From Gnetum montanum (taxonomy: Eukaryota > Plantae > Gnetophyta): a DNA stretch of 64,000 bases. Numbering within the stretch: the first letter of the stretch is position 1; each line of letters opens with the position of its first letter. Location of the stretch: the NCBI GenBank assembly GCA_015680685.1, contig MNCI01001941.1, positions 63,308-127,307 of the forward strand. The letters are read 5' to 3'. The notes beneath the pieces were generated by a model. It was not told where the DNA came from, did not search any database, and worked only from the letters and a program-made list of their open reading frames with translations. Below are positions 1 through 13,620 of this stretch, piece after piece. The position numbers and the translations under genes were made by a program.

Positions 1-3000
1 GTCAAGCCTAATTATTCAATGATGATGCATGGAATGACATTTTTGTAGCCCCATCACCTACATGTACTCAATGCATCTTAAACTACCCCACTTGAATCGT
101 GATGAAAAAAGGAGCCCTAGTTACTTTGCCATTCTAGGAGTTAATCTTAACCTCGCTATTGCTAAATACCAATGATGTTAACTTATTTTACCTTGGTAAA
201 AAAAGGAACTATTATAGCATAGATGGATTCCTTGTTACCAGGGATGTCCTCACTAATAGGGATAGAAGTCAACATCTTGACTAGCACCTCACGATGTGTA
301 ACGAAAGTCATGATCAGGTCATACAAACTCAAGGTTGTATTCTTTTGCTTAAGGAACTATTTAAACTATTTCATAGCACTAAGAAATTTTTTATCATTGG
401 CCATTGGCTTGTCACCCTAGTTGTGCTTCACTTCCTTCATGCACCCCAAAATGTGAACTTTGACATTATGTTGTTGCTATTGAGGTCTCTCCTCTTTCTT
501 CTAATTTTGAATCTTAAGATCCTCTTGTGGCTTACTAGTTGATGTGGGTTGGGTAGAAGATGTCATGAGCATAGATGATATGGAAGTGGGCTTCCATGGG
601 TCCACTTCCTTCTATGCCTTAGCTTGCTTTTCACCCTTGTTATTATTATTTTACTTATGCTTCTTCCTTTGGTTGGTTGAAGCCTTTTGGTTGTTTGCCA
701 TTGGTTTGAGAAAGAGGCTATAGCATTGGCCACCATAAGAGGTTATTCTATGGTTATGTTGGTTATTTGGGCTATATATTGCTAGGTTATAGTGGTTTGG
801 GACACCCTAATGACAAAATATTCCCTTGCAAGCACTCATGATGGTACTCTCATGACAAAGAAGGATCTTGAGCTAGTGGAAGCTAAAGAAGTCATTTCCT
901 TAAGAGGGGAACCCAAATCATAAATGGTTCACTCACGAGAGTCTAATTTCCATCTACATTAAATTATGATATAATGTATGTAACATTTTTTATGGTCAAT
1001 GGATCTTTATACACTTACATCAATTGGTTCTATGGTTGGACAAAGTTGGATGCATCTAAAACCAGCTCTCATCTATCTATCATCTTTTGCAAGTCATCCT
1101 TCAGCATAAGGCAAAAGTTTGTGTCATGATCAAGTTGTTGATGATAGTGCAAAATTGGTCAAAACTAAAATATTTAGGAAATTTTTGGACATCTTTTGTT
1201 ACTCTAGTTTGATCTTTGATTATCTCACATAGCCTATCACACGTCTTTTAGGAAGCTTTGATCATCTGCTTATATTGCATGTATCCACTTTTTAGTAGTT
1301 GGTTTAATAGCTTAAATGGTTTTAATGATAGCTTGGTATATTTAGACTTGTCCTTATTTTCAAAGTTGGATCTAGTTGTTGTCAATGTGGTGGCCCTAGA
1401 GGTCGACAGTTGGTTATCTTGGTTATTAGTACAGGCTTTATGTGGGTTGGTCCTTGGCCCCTAGTTAGTGGTCTTAGCCTCTTTGGCCACTATTGCTATA
1501 GCCATGTTGTTTTTTTTGTTCTTATCGTTGTCCCTCCATGTGTGTTGATTTTTTATGTCACATAGGTTGGGTCATGACTGGCCTCCACAGCATCCTCTAT
1601 GTTCTTGGTCTGGGAGAATGCCTGACTAAGTGTCCATGGACTAAGATAGTATAACTTGAATTTAATGAAATCATTCACCACCCCCTTAAACATAGCCAAA
1701 ATATGAGCTTCAACTATATTCTTTGGTATTTCATTTAGCAGGTCATTCCACCATTGGATGAACTTCTACATAGGTTCAAGGGATTCCTTCTTAACCTTTA
1801 TTAGTTGGTTGAGCATAGTATCAGGCTTCAAGTTATACTTACAGTTGTTAATAGATTTGGTAATTAGGTCTTCAAGGGAGGATATAGATCCTTTGGGTAG
1901 GGCACAATATCAATCAAGTGCTTTCCTAGTCAAGGACATAGGGAAGATTCTCATTATGATGTGCAACCATGGTTGTAATAGCAAGTACTTGAATTGAAAG
2001 GTTATAAGGTGAGCGTTGGGATCACCTTCTCCATTGTACTTACTGAATTGAGGGATAGGGACACCAAGAGGAAGTGTCAATGGTTGGACCACAGGACTAA
2101 TGGAATCATCTTGGTAAAAATCCATGCTCTTAACACTTTGGGAAGTAGAGGCTTTAAGCCTCCTCAACTCCTTCGTCAAGTCTTGGATCATCTAGAAGGC
2201 CTAATTTAGGCCCTGTGGCACCCCTGTTGGCTACAAGATTTGTACATATGGCTATGTTATTCATTAAAAGGATTGTGACCTTGCTATCACCTATAAGATA
2301 AAGGGAAGAAGTTGTGTCATGGTTGTAGTATATGGGCCAAATAAGGAGAAAAATTGTTGTGCTGGTATCTAAGGCACAAATGGAAAAAAGGGGATATGTG
2401 ACCCTTGGGTTACTTGAGGTCACATGATGGATCCCATTTGATTGATCAATGAATTAGTTGTAGTAACTACTATTTATGTCAATCATACTAACTTAGGCTA
2501 GGTGGCAAGTGGCATCAAGACATGAAAATTGGCTGGTTCCGACACTGGTTATGCTTGGTGCACAACGATGACTGGTGTGGATCCAAACATGATCAAGTAA
2601 GGTGGGGAAAAAGGTGGTTGGATGTGTCCAAAAGAAGAGGCAAAGGGGGTAGAAGTGGATACTATAAACTTGGGGGGTCCCTTGTTGTAAGAGTTCCCAC
2701 AAAAGGTTCTAAGGCTCATATTCTATCCCAAATTCATCTTTCTCCTCTAGTTGCTCATCTAAGGAAGCCTTTCAATTATCATTGTCAATCTCAATGATGA
2801 GGGATAAGATATTAGTGTAGATGTCATTAAGGGGTATTTGGTCATAGGATGAGGAAATATACTCCTTCCCATTATGATGGATTAGCTCAAATTCCCTCTT
2901 GGCCTCTACTTCCACTCATGGGGTTAGCATGTCAACCTAGATCTTAGTGCAAATGAAGTTATAGTGCTCTTCATTTATTACCAAGAACCTAGGAATTTTG

Positions 3001-3440
3001 ACCCTAAGTCTCAATGATTTTCTACATTCCATCATGGTAGGGTCTTTGGGGTCATAAATCCTCATGTAGTATTGATCATACCCATTGTTGGTATAGTTGT
3101 AAGGCAACTTGATCGATTATGAAAGAGACATGGCTATTATGCTAGAAATGGCTTGAGACAAGGTATAAAAGGTAAAAATAGGAGTAAATTCTAGTGAATG
3201 GAATTCAAAAATGATCAAAAGAAACAAAAATAGCCAAAAATGAACTACTTACTATAAATACTAAGTGGGGGATAAGGGGATATACTCCTTTACAAAAAAT
3301 GGAAAGGTAAAATGGTTGCTAACAAACTTCACCCACGTTGGCTTCCTAGCTACCTTCTATGATGGGTATGGCAAGGGGAAAATAAGGGGGGGAGATGGGA
3401 GGATCTCACACTCTCATATTTCAATGTTGTTAAAGGGGGA
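1..3440 (-). mobile_element. Tat/Ogre-like Ty3/gypsy element, family 1, copy A: partial 5' UTR plus degenerate gag(-protease); runs off the left edge
   Basis: ORF 1910-2191(-) reads PIPQFSKYNGEGDPNAHLITFQ...RIFPMSLTRKALD, a retrotransposon gag motif. The region is the reverse complement homolog of ~59280-62780 (e.g. 3036 ggtagggtctttggggtcata vs 59810 tatgaccccaaagaccctacc). Confidence 0.9.
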
Positions 3441-4495
3441 AATCATAAGGGGAAACTAAAAACCAAGGAAGAGGAAAAGAGGAGAAGTAACAACAACAAC
3501 ACAAAAACAAGGTATACATTTTGGGATGCATGGAGGAAGTTAAGCACAACCAGGGTAACAAGCTCATGGTCAATGACAAGAACTTCTTAAATGCAATGGA
3601 TCATGTTAAGTAGTCTCTCAAATAGAAAAACACAACCTTGAGACTATATGACTTAGTTATGACTTCTACTACACATTGTGAAGCACTAGTCAAGATGTTG
3701 ACTTCTATCCCCATTAGCAAGGACATTCCTACTAATGAGAAATCCATCCATCCAATGATGGTTCCTTCTTGACTAAGGAAGAAGAAGTCAACATCACTAG
3801 TGTTTTGTGATAGCAATATCAAAACAAGTCCCCAAAATGGTGAGGTGACTAAAGCTTATCTTTTCATCATGATATGGATGGGATAGTATAAAGTGCACCA
3901 GGTGTATGTGGATGATGGGGTTGCAAAAAATGTCATTCCATGCACCATAGTTGAATGTCTAGGCTTGAAAAAGTAGATAAAACATACTACAACATCAGCT
4001 CTCAAGTCCTTTAATGGATCACGACTCGTTGTTAAGGGGTCTATCTCCTTAGACTTTGTGGCAAGGGAGCAATTCCCCACAAATATGGATTTCTTAGTCA
4101 TAGAGGAAATACTAGAGTTTAACCTCATCCTGGAAAGATCTTGGTTGGCTCAACTATGAGTTGTATCCTCACCAATCTACCAAGAGATTCACTTGCCGTA
4201 TGAGAGATGTGAAATCATCATTCATGGTGATGACACAATTTCCCTAGCTATTAACAATGTGAATATAGAGTAGAGGTCTAAAGTTGAGTTTCAAGAAGAA
4301 ACTCCCAACCATGAGGTTAAGCAACCCAAGAGAGGGGAAAAGGACAAAAACAACAACAATGGGATATGAGACATGCTATGCGAAGAGCTCCCCTTCAACA
4401 TCATCAATGAAGGGGATGGGAAGTACAAACTAGTACAAAACAAGCCATACATGTTTCCTAATCTCTCAAAGATTAGGAAGCATCTGCAGAAGTAA
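3440..4495 (+). pseudogene. gag C-terminus plus aspartic protease of copy B, ending at a stop (…PYMFPNLSKIRKHLQK*)
   Basis: Protease motifs VYVDDGVAKNVIP (~3902-3940) and FNLILERSWL (~4118-4147); TAA at 4493-4495 matches TAA 63324-63326 in copy C. Confidence 0.85.
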
Positions 4496-4789
4496 TGTAT
4501 GCCCCTAATCCTTGCACCCTATGCCCCTATGACTTTGTAAACATATGTATTAATTGCTAGCTAGCCTAGATTTTCTTGTTTCTTGTTCATGTCTTTTTAC
4601 TTGCTTTAATTTAATTGTTTTCTGCATATAACCTAAAGATTTACTTTTTTGCATTTTTATCAAAGCCTTTTTCTTTCTTTGTTTTCCCTTTTTTGCATAA
4701 TATAAAGTGCAAAAACCTCATGAAAATTATAAAACTAGAAAAATCATAAAAATATTAAAATATAATATATATATATATATCTTTCCTTA

Positions 4790-5170
4790 CAACCTAGGCT
4801 TGCCATGGCCTAAACCTAGCAACAATGCATGGCCTGCCATGGCCTAAAACTGGCAAACCAACTCCATATCATACACATGGCCTGCCATGGCCTAAAACTA
4901 GCAAGTATCCTTGACCTACCATGGCCTAAAACTGGTAACATCCTTTTACAATACATGGCCTTCCATGGCCTAAAATTAGCAAGTATCCTATGGCCCACCA
5001 TGGAATAAAATTGGCAACATCCTTTTACAACACATGGTTTACCATGGCCTAAAATTGGCAAGTATCCTATGGTCCTCCATGGTTTAAAACTAGCAACATC
5101 CTTTTATAGCACATGACCTGCCATGGCCTAAAATTGGCAAGTATCCCACAACTCATCATGGCCTTAAAAT
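4790..5170 (+). repeat. Tandem array of ~35-42 bp units with core CCATGGCCTAAAA(C/T)TGGCAA
   Basis: About 10 directly visible copies, e.g. 4857 ccatggcctaaaactggcaa and 5042 ccatggcctaaaattggcaa. Confidence 0.95.
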
Positions 5171-5519
5171 GGAAAATAATATTATAACATATATGTGTTC
5201 TTAGACTAAAAATTTATAGCCATTTTCAACATTGCCAACGTAGCCATCTACAACATAGTCATTTACAACATTTATAACATTAAGACCTTAAAATAGTAAA
5301 GCCATTAACAACATATATAGCCAAAACCAAAATTGAAGCTTAAAGTTTAAAACATTTAAACATAAATAGCCATAGGCACACTATGTGGCACATGTTAAAA
5401 CAATAAACAACTATAAACTGTCTACAACTAAAACATGGGCCAACACTGGCTGTACAACATCCACCAAAAATCAAAATGAAACAACAACAAGAAGTTGTCA
5501 CAACAGACATCCAGTAGCA

Positions 5520-8500
5520 CTATGGAACATCCAAAAGAGGAGGTGAAAGATCATCATCATTGCCATCACTGATGGGGCTACCAACATTACCCAATGCCTA
5601 TGATAGATCAACATGAAACTAATCAATAATCAAACAATAAAATGATGACTTAAACAAAACCAAAATGATAAAACTAAAAACAAGCCATCAACCCTATAGG
5701 GAATCCAACTTAATGAATTTTAGGGATAGATGTTTAAGATCAATCTTCAAATGATGGAGAATCTAGTCTTCTGTCATGTTGGCCTAGTCAACATCCTTGA
5801 AATTAATGCCTATAAGGATGTTTGTTGGGTCCACCCCATTTCAATTTGGTAGGTCCCATGACATTGTAGCCATAGAAGTCTTACCTACAATCATAGTGAT
5901 CTTAGGAGTAGGAGATTTGGCCACCATGAGAGTGCTTTCAAAGATCTAGTAAGCGCTCTTAGCTTAAATCCCCTAGATGAACAACTCTCTCTTGCATTAT
6001 TCAGGCATCTCATCTTTGAGCAACTTAAAGTATGCCTCCTGATTAGCCTTCTACTACCTCTTATGATCTTGTTATGTCTTGCCACACTATAGGACCTAGA
6101 CATAGTAATCTTTCCAATCCTTGGCTTTTTGGAAGATCAAATTCATTTGCATCCATTGCTCCACCACCTCGCTAGCAAGGGCAACCTTGTCATGGATGGT
6201 GTGTCAATAGTAGGCCTAGGTGATCTCTTTGGTCTGTAAATTTTCTAAGTTAGCCACTTGGGCTTTTACAAAGGCCTTACAATCCTCAAGGTCCCTAATC
6301 TTCTTGGCGTGCCTCTTAGTCTCCTCCCTCAAGGCCACAACTTTCTCCCATATAGATTCATTGGACCTTTGAAATTCCCATGAATTTTTTGCACATGAAA
6401 CTACAAGATCAATGGTAGTTTCATATAACTTTATTAGGAAATTCTGAACATCAGAGGGAAGCTTCGATAGGTTATCAAATTCCATGTCGTAGTTTGGGTC
6501 CCACGTAATTGATGGCACTTCAAACAAATCATGACCATCAATATAATTATTAGCACTATATATAACCTAAGATAGCCATAACATGAATACAACTCATAGC
6601 AAAAAAACTAAGGCAGATAAATCATAGTTCTTATCGATCTTAGGTGCAACTTCTAATAACCATTCGATGATGTCCTAGGCCATCCCATGCATGAACTCCA
6701 CCTTGTCTGGGACCTCTGCCCATGGTTTCACATGGAATTTAGGGATAGGAGCCTTTGTTGTGGCTCAAGAACTACAATAAGCATAACAATCATTGAAAGG
6801 TTAGAATGAAAAACATAAAACCATAGGATATAATGAGTAGCACTAAGATGCATGTGTACATGGCTCCTCCTCTTCCTCCTCTAGGATGACGATGGAGGAT
6901 GTGCTTGGAAATGGCTCACTACACAAGGTATCAAGGTCATCCAAATCAATGTTGGCTAACTTTTCAACCTCATGTTGTTGTAAGAATGCCTCCTTTGCAC
7001 ACCTTTGTTCCTCCACAACTATGGTAGTGGCATGCCTCTGTGCCTCCTCCACTGCTACAACTACACCCCTCAGTGGTAGCTTAGGCTACCATATCCAGAT
7101 ACTTATCTATAACCATAAGACATAAAACAAGTTAGCACATGAAAAAATAACATAGCCATAAAACATAGCATAACTAAACACTAAAACATAGTAAGACATA
7201 CTGGTAATTGCCTAATGTGACCTGTTGAGCCTCAACTTAAGGTTCTTCATGGTGGATGTCTTTAACGTTAGTGATGCTTCCTCCATAGTCCATTTCAATT
7301 TCACCTTGGCTACCCCATCAACCTCAAAACATAACCCTTAGGCTCTCTTGACATTTGCTAGAATTGTGAGAGGCTTCTCCCTTGTGTTGTCAAGGGAATC
7401 ACACTACCTACCATGAAAATCCTTGGTGGTAACAAATAGCGAATCATCCATCTCCTTTGGTGGGTTCTAGACCTACATGGTAGGATAAATATGCTTTATC
7501 CAAGGCTTAGAGAGCTAGTCTCAATCTACAAAATGTCCACCCCTCCTCACCATCAGGAACTCTACAAGCCTCTTCAAATAACCTACAAAAAAAACATAAT
7601 GCATGTGAATTATGATAGAGGTATCTTCATGAAGCTTGAGGATCTCTTCTCAAAGCCCTGTAGCCAAGGAAGAAGCAAAATTGAACTAAATACCCCCTAT
7701 TAGGACCTTCTTAAAGGTCCACCCCAGCACAATGTCAATCACTTTCTTTTATGATAACAGTTTAGAAAAGGCACAAGATTAAAACAAAGGATATGACTCC
7801 TTTGCTTTAGGATTCATGAAGCCATCTAAGGCATGTCCAAAGTGGCCCTTGCTAGCACCAAACCACTCCTCAACTTCCTCATGCTAGTTGACTTCCTTCA
7901 TTGCTTTGGTGGCAACCTTCATCCCATTAGCAAGAATACCAAATAAGTCACAAAAGGTCTCATCATTGATGTGAAAGGTGATTGGCACATCTTATACTGT
8001 TATGCTCAATTGATTGGCTCCTACATCGAAGGAGTCAATAATGTTTAGCATCTTTATGGCAAGAATGGAGGGGGAAGGTTCCATGAAAACATTAAGCAAG
8101 CCTGCATGCTTAATGTTTTCATGGATGCTTCTAGGTTCCTATCCCCTCAACCACTTTTGTGCTGGCCTCACCTCATCGAACATCAAGATGAGGGTATCCT
8201 TGAAGCATCCTAAAATAGATAAGGTGATGTTAGAAGAAGTGGAAGGTCCTACAAGGCAATAACCAAATGCTTAGCATCAACATAGGCACGTATAGCAAAA
8301 CCAAAATGTAGCCGTAGAAACAAAATTCATAACATAGCAAACCATTCTTATTTTCATTTCTCTTTTTCTTGTTCGATGAGGCTTGAGTGAGGGTCCCAAT
8401 AGCAACACACTTCTCCCTAATGTTCTTGGGGGCTACACATTAGCTATGTATTGTTTCAGTAGCTACACACTTCTTGTAAGTAGGGTTAAACATATTGGTG

Positions 8501-10510
8501 TATTTATCTAAGTTCCCTCTTAACTACTTATATACAAAAATTCTGATCTTGGGGCCTTTGGTAAATACATTTAAGGTAGTTTGGGCCACCATCAAGGTTT
8601 GATCATTCTTAATCAAGCCTTTCTCATTAACCCTATATCTGCAAGATGTGCATGAAATCAACAAGTTAAGAAAGGTAATCAAATTAGTAAAACCAAAAAA
8701 GTTAGAAAACTATAATAATTATGCTTACCCTTGTAGTCGGTACATGGTGTTAGGTGGATTCTGGAATAGTGTGTGGAATTTGTGTGCCATCATCAGAGCA
8801 TTATCAACATTATACTAAGAATACTTTGGTGTGCTCTAGATCTCCAACAAGTATTGTGTGTCGACGATGTTCCTAATCTCTACCAACTCCCTTGCTACTT
8901 AGGTTTTAGGATCATTAATTATAAACCTAATGATCAATCTCAAAAACCCAAGAAACAAGGTCTCCGCTATAACCCTTGCCACATCTTTAGACAAGTGTAA
9001 GCATAGGATCACACTAAAGTTCTACAAGATGTATGTAAGGAATTTCCTTGCCCCTAGGTGGAACCATAGTGAGCCTCATTCCAAACCAAGTCTAGGGGGT
9101 GTTCATCTTAGGCTAGTTGATATAGCGTAAGATGCCTACCAACTCAACCATAATGAGGATAGGTTTCAACAGGGCCTTCATGAATAGAAAATCAAAACAC
9201 AATTAACATCAAGTTTCAACACTTAGAATTTCTTAAACAATTTTACCAAACATCCTAGTTGGGGGTGAAATTAGCCCTTGTAAAAAAACTCTAAGGTGTT
9301 AGCTAAAATTCATTTATAAATTCAACATCAACATAATTACAACCTTTATATAGTGTAGCCAAAACTTCATGATCAAAATTATGCCTTAGTTTAGAACAAC
9401 ATTGACATGAATATACCTTCAAAACCTAGAAAGTAGCCATATGAGAGCACTTATTAAAAATAATAAAAAATTTTAGTAGCATTGAAACCACATTTAGTAC
9501 ATTTTCAACATCCTTAGGCATTCCTAGGAGCATGAGACCTTAACAATAAAACTTTTGAAGTGTGTCAAAGTTGCCCATCTCCAAGGGGTAAAACAAATAC
9601 AACCACAACAAATCTTGATTTACACAACCTTAATGAAATATTCACTACAAATTCATTTTAACTTCAATTTTAGTGATTCCACCATTTAAGGAATTATAAA
9701 ATCATAAAATTTGTAGCCATAACTAGAAAAAGTCAAAATCCATAGCCATTTTTACATAAAATGTAACCAAACTAACATGATCGTGGCTATCACTAGAAAT
9801 CCCCTTTCACGTAGGGTTGTTAAAAAATTTTCCAAATTTTTTTTTAACTCCAAATGGAGTGATTCTACCACCATTTGAAAGCTCAAATTGAGCCCTATGC
9901 ATCCATGACCATAAAAAATTCAAAACCCTTGCCGTTTCTTCAAAAAAAGTTTGTAAATGTCTATGAAAATCTAAAAATGCATAAACATCAACCATGCAAT
10001 GTAACAAAAATGGCCAAATCTCCCTCGTTACAGCTCCAAATCTAATAAGGTCACAACCAATGGAAAGCTTAAATCAAGCTCTAAAAACCCAAAACCATAA
10101 ATTTTAACAATTCCTAACTAATTTCTTAATTAAAAATTCAACATTACGCTTGCTTTTTTGTCAAAACTGGTTAAAAATTCATATAAAACATCAAAACCTA
10201 ATTAAAAGAAGTCAAAATAACCAACTAACCCTAGATCCACATGAAAAACATCAAAATAGGAGATGGGATTTCATCAAAATTCATTTTTAGTGAGCAGAAC
10301 AACCAAGATCTAGAAAAATAGCCCTATCCCCAACTAAAGAAAACATAAAAAATGGTTAACAAATAAACAAAGCAACTAGCAGTGGCCTACCTTGGGGTCA
10401 CAACATGCGAACTTGGCATCACAATAGGCCTAGGTAGATGAGAGATGCCTTGGGCTACTACATCCGCTTCCTTAATAGCTAGGTTCTTATTGTCAGTGCC
10501 TTTCTTCTAC
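5520..10510 (-). pseudogene. Antisense 8-exon accessory gene of copy B: FCP1/NIF-like pseudo-phosphatase + PMD/Athila-ORF1-like domain + acidic linker + coiled-coil C-terminus (degenerate)
   Basis: Approximate exons on -: 10510-10391, 9176-8729, 8638-8352, 8248-7202, 7106-6844, 6771-6635, 6517-5693, 5597-5520. Donors ccaag|gtaggc, caagg|gtaagc, tacca|gtatgt; acceptors cttgcag|, ccttgtag|, gttatag|, attgtag|, tttgaag|, atcatag|. Exons 2-7 are clearly homologous in protein to those at 26205-33990. Confidence 0.85.
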
Positions 10511-10899
10511 ATCCTTGCTGATCAACATTGAGAAAACTCTAAAAACTAAAGAGTTTGAGCTTCAACATTAAATTGGCGGGCCAGGGGGTGAGGGGGAGTG
10601 GAGATCTAGATCAACCATGTTGAAGGTGAGAAGTGTTGAAACAAGAAAATCTTTGCTAGAGATCTAAGAAGTGTTCTATAGTAGAGAATGATAATTTGTA
10701 ATGGATTTTTGGTAGAATAGAAAATAAAACCTAGATTTAAAACCTAAATGCCTTCTTTCATACCCTCTTTACCAATTTTGTCCAATGAAATTCATGGTAC
10801 ATTGAAGTGTGAAGGGGGGAATGCTTTTTTAATGCTAGGAGTGGTGGGAGACAGCACTAAGTTCAAATTCTTAAATTTCTTATGGTGAGCCCCATCATA

Positions 10900-13620
10900 C
10901 ACATCCCATGCATGGTGTTCCAAGCTTGGAAACCTTACCAATGTTGGAATTTTAACCCCTTGGAACATAGAAATCATGTTCTACCCTTATCCACCCATGC
11001 ATCCACACTAGGCATCATGGATCCAGTGTGGGTTCTATCCCCTTAGCTACCTAACCTTGCTGTAGCCACCATCAACATACATGAATCCTAGATCCTAGCA
11101 AGGGGTAAGATCTTAAAAAAGCTTGCCACTTTGGGCATTCACATTGGAGCAATGCTACCCAGCATGGCTTTAACATTGCCCAAGGAGGCTACCATCCATA
11201 CTCATCCTTTGGTGCTCACGAAGCTATAATCTAATCCCCAAGGTAGGTCCCACAAAGTCTTAAACCCTTCCAGTCATCCTCAAAAGCTCTGAAACCTCAG
11301 TAAAGCTAGTCAAAAGTGATTAAAACTTTTAAATCTCATTAATCTATTCTAAGGGGGCTCCATCCATGTTGCCCAATGTGGATGGATGGGGGTGATCCTA
11401 AATTGCCAAAATCAACCACCCAATAACCATATTTTGACTCTAACGCCCCTTATTAGCTTCTAGTAACATAGATTGGCCAAAAATAATTTACTTTTTGCAT
11501 TTAAAACTCTTCCCCACACTAGTGAACCCTCCATCAATTTTTCCCAACATGGATCCAATGTGGGTGCCCTAGAGGTATTCCATAAATCACTTTCCATAAC
11601 CTTAAACATCCATGAAATCTACTTACATAGCCTAGAAACCATTCCATGGTCTCCAGTAGTTCATAGTTGTTAAGATTTGAGCCAATATTTACATATAAAA
11701 CCTTGTTCATGCTAGTGAACCCCCCATCCATGTTCCCCAGTGTGGATCTAGCATGGGTGCCTTCGGGTATGCTAAAAAAATCTCCAAAAATAACCTTAAT
11801 ACCTACCCTAGTGAACTTACAACCCTACCAGAGCCTTCCAAAGCTTTCAAATGCTAAAACATTGAATAGAAATGGAAAAAATCTCTCATCCCTTTCTCAT
11901 CCACATTGGAGCCACACTACCAAGTGTGAATAAAGGGTGGAAGACTACATGAGACACCAAGAAGCCTTCAAACCAATGGATTTTGACATCAAATATTCAC
12001 CCTCACCACCCCCCGCCCCCCCTACGAAATCGGTAGCTTTGAAACCCTATCGAATCTTGTCAAAAGTCATCAAAAATTTAAAAACCAAGTAGAGCCACAT
12101 TGGGGAAACCTCATCCACACTACCCAAAATGGATCTAGTGTGGATGAGAGGGGTATTGCCAAAAACTCATAAAATTTGCATTGATGTTAACTTGTATTGA
12201 CAATCCAACCTTCTTGAAGATTTCAGGAGCTAAGACTTGTAAAACCTAATCTCATTTACTAATTTTACTCACTTTCACACTAAGCACCCCTCATCCATGT
12301 TTGCTAGTGTGGATCCATCATGAATGCATTAAGGAAAGTTCATAGGGGATCACAAATACATCAAAACAAATTTGAGTTGTGTCATCTTCATCCTAGAACC
12401 CTGTCAACACCTCCTAGAGACTTTAGACTTTACAAAATTAACCAAAACCTGCAACAAGTTAACTCCCTTAGATCCTCCATGTTGGCTAGTATGGAACCAA
12501 CATGGATCTAGGGGTAACCTCAAAATCCACTTAGAAGCCCTCAAAACTGCTAAATTTTGACGTAAAACCCTAGCCCTTAACATTGGCAACCTTGGGAGCT
12601 AACATGCATGATCAACTTGCTAATGAATTGGCCTAGGTCTAACATTTTTTATCTATTAATGCTGAGGAAGGCCTAATCCACATCGAGCAACATGGATCCA
12701 ATGTGGATGAGCTACCTATCCACTTTTGATAGCAAATCAACATCCCTAAAGACCAAAACCCTACTCCATAAAAGCCTATAACATCTCAGCCTTGAGTGTA
12801 CATTTTTTGACCTTGTTTTAACCTTGAAACACACCAGACCCCCTCATCCACACATGATCAATGCTACCCAGTGAGGATAATGGGGGATGAAAATTCATGA
12901 CCTCAAACATTCTTAAAACCTAGCTAGATTTAACTAAAAACCAAGAGCATGGATGATGACTATTTCTAGCCCTAGAAGCATGAAAACTTGGTCAATTTGT
13001 TTCTAGGACCAAAAAGCAAGAGCAGCCCTCATCATCCATGATGGATCCAAGCTAGCCAATGTAGACCTAGCATGGATACTACCTCCAAATTGATTTCATG
13101 CTCAAAACCCTTCTGAAATGGCCTCAAAACTTAGTTTGGGAGTGCACAACTACAGAAACTTGGTTCCAACTACAAATCTAACCCTGTTTAATATCATTAT
13201 ATCCCAAATCTTGATTATTAACATTGGGTAGCATGGATACAAGGGCCATAACTTTTAAACCTTCTTTTTTATCATTTTCAACCTCCAAAATGACCAATCC
13301 TTACAAATCTAGCACTACGGTACCTTGGAAAGGTCCTAGAATCCCAATTTTGACCCTCTGGATATCATGTAATCCATTTTCATTGGTATCCACACTGCCT
13401 AATTTGAGTGGTAGATCTAGGCTTCAATAAGGATTCTCAAGGGTTGAAACTAATGCCAAAACTAGCCTAATCAATTCCTTAGTACACTATGCTGGCATGC
13501 AAGTCACAAGGAGTTAAAAACTACTCAAATTAGCTTGAGAAACTACCTAGATGTCTGATCCATGCTAGGAGTCACCCCATCTATGATAGCCAACATAGAT
13601 CCAATGTGAATACCCTAAAA
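10900..13620. repeat. Degenerate ~185 bp-period array of palindromic motifs (ATCCAC…GGATCCA(G/A)TGTGGAT-like)
   Basis: Motif copies near 11020, 11365, 11550, 11730, 11900, 12115, 12295, 12480, 12680, 12850, 13040, 13225, 13390 and 13590. Confidence 0.75.

Noticed and set aside
1-3960. Simple inversion within a single element
   Set aside because: The two arms overlap in homologous sequence and are clearly diverged, so they are separate copies.
4790-5170. CRISPR-like look of the repeat-spacer arrays (also 63620-64000 and 25440-25920)
   Set aside because: The spacers are themselves related and recur, there are no cas genes, and the context is a plant retrotransposon.
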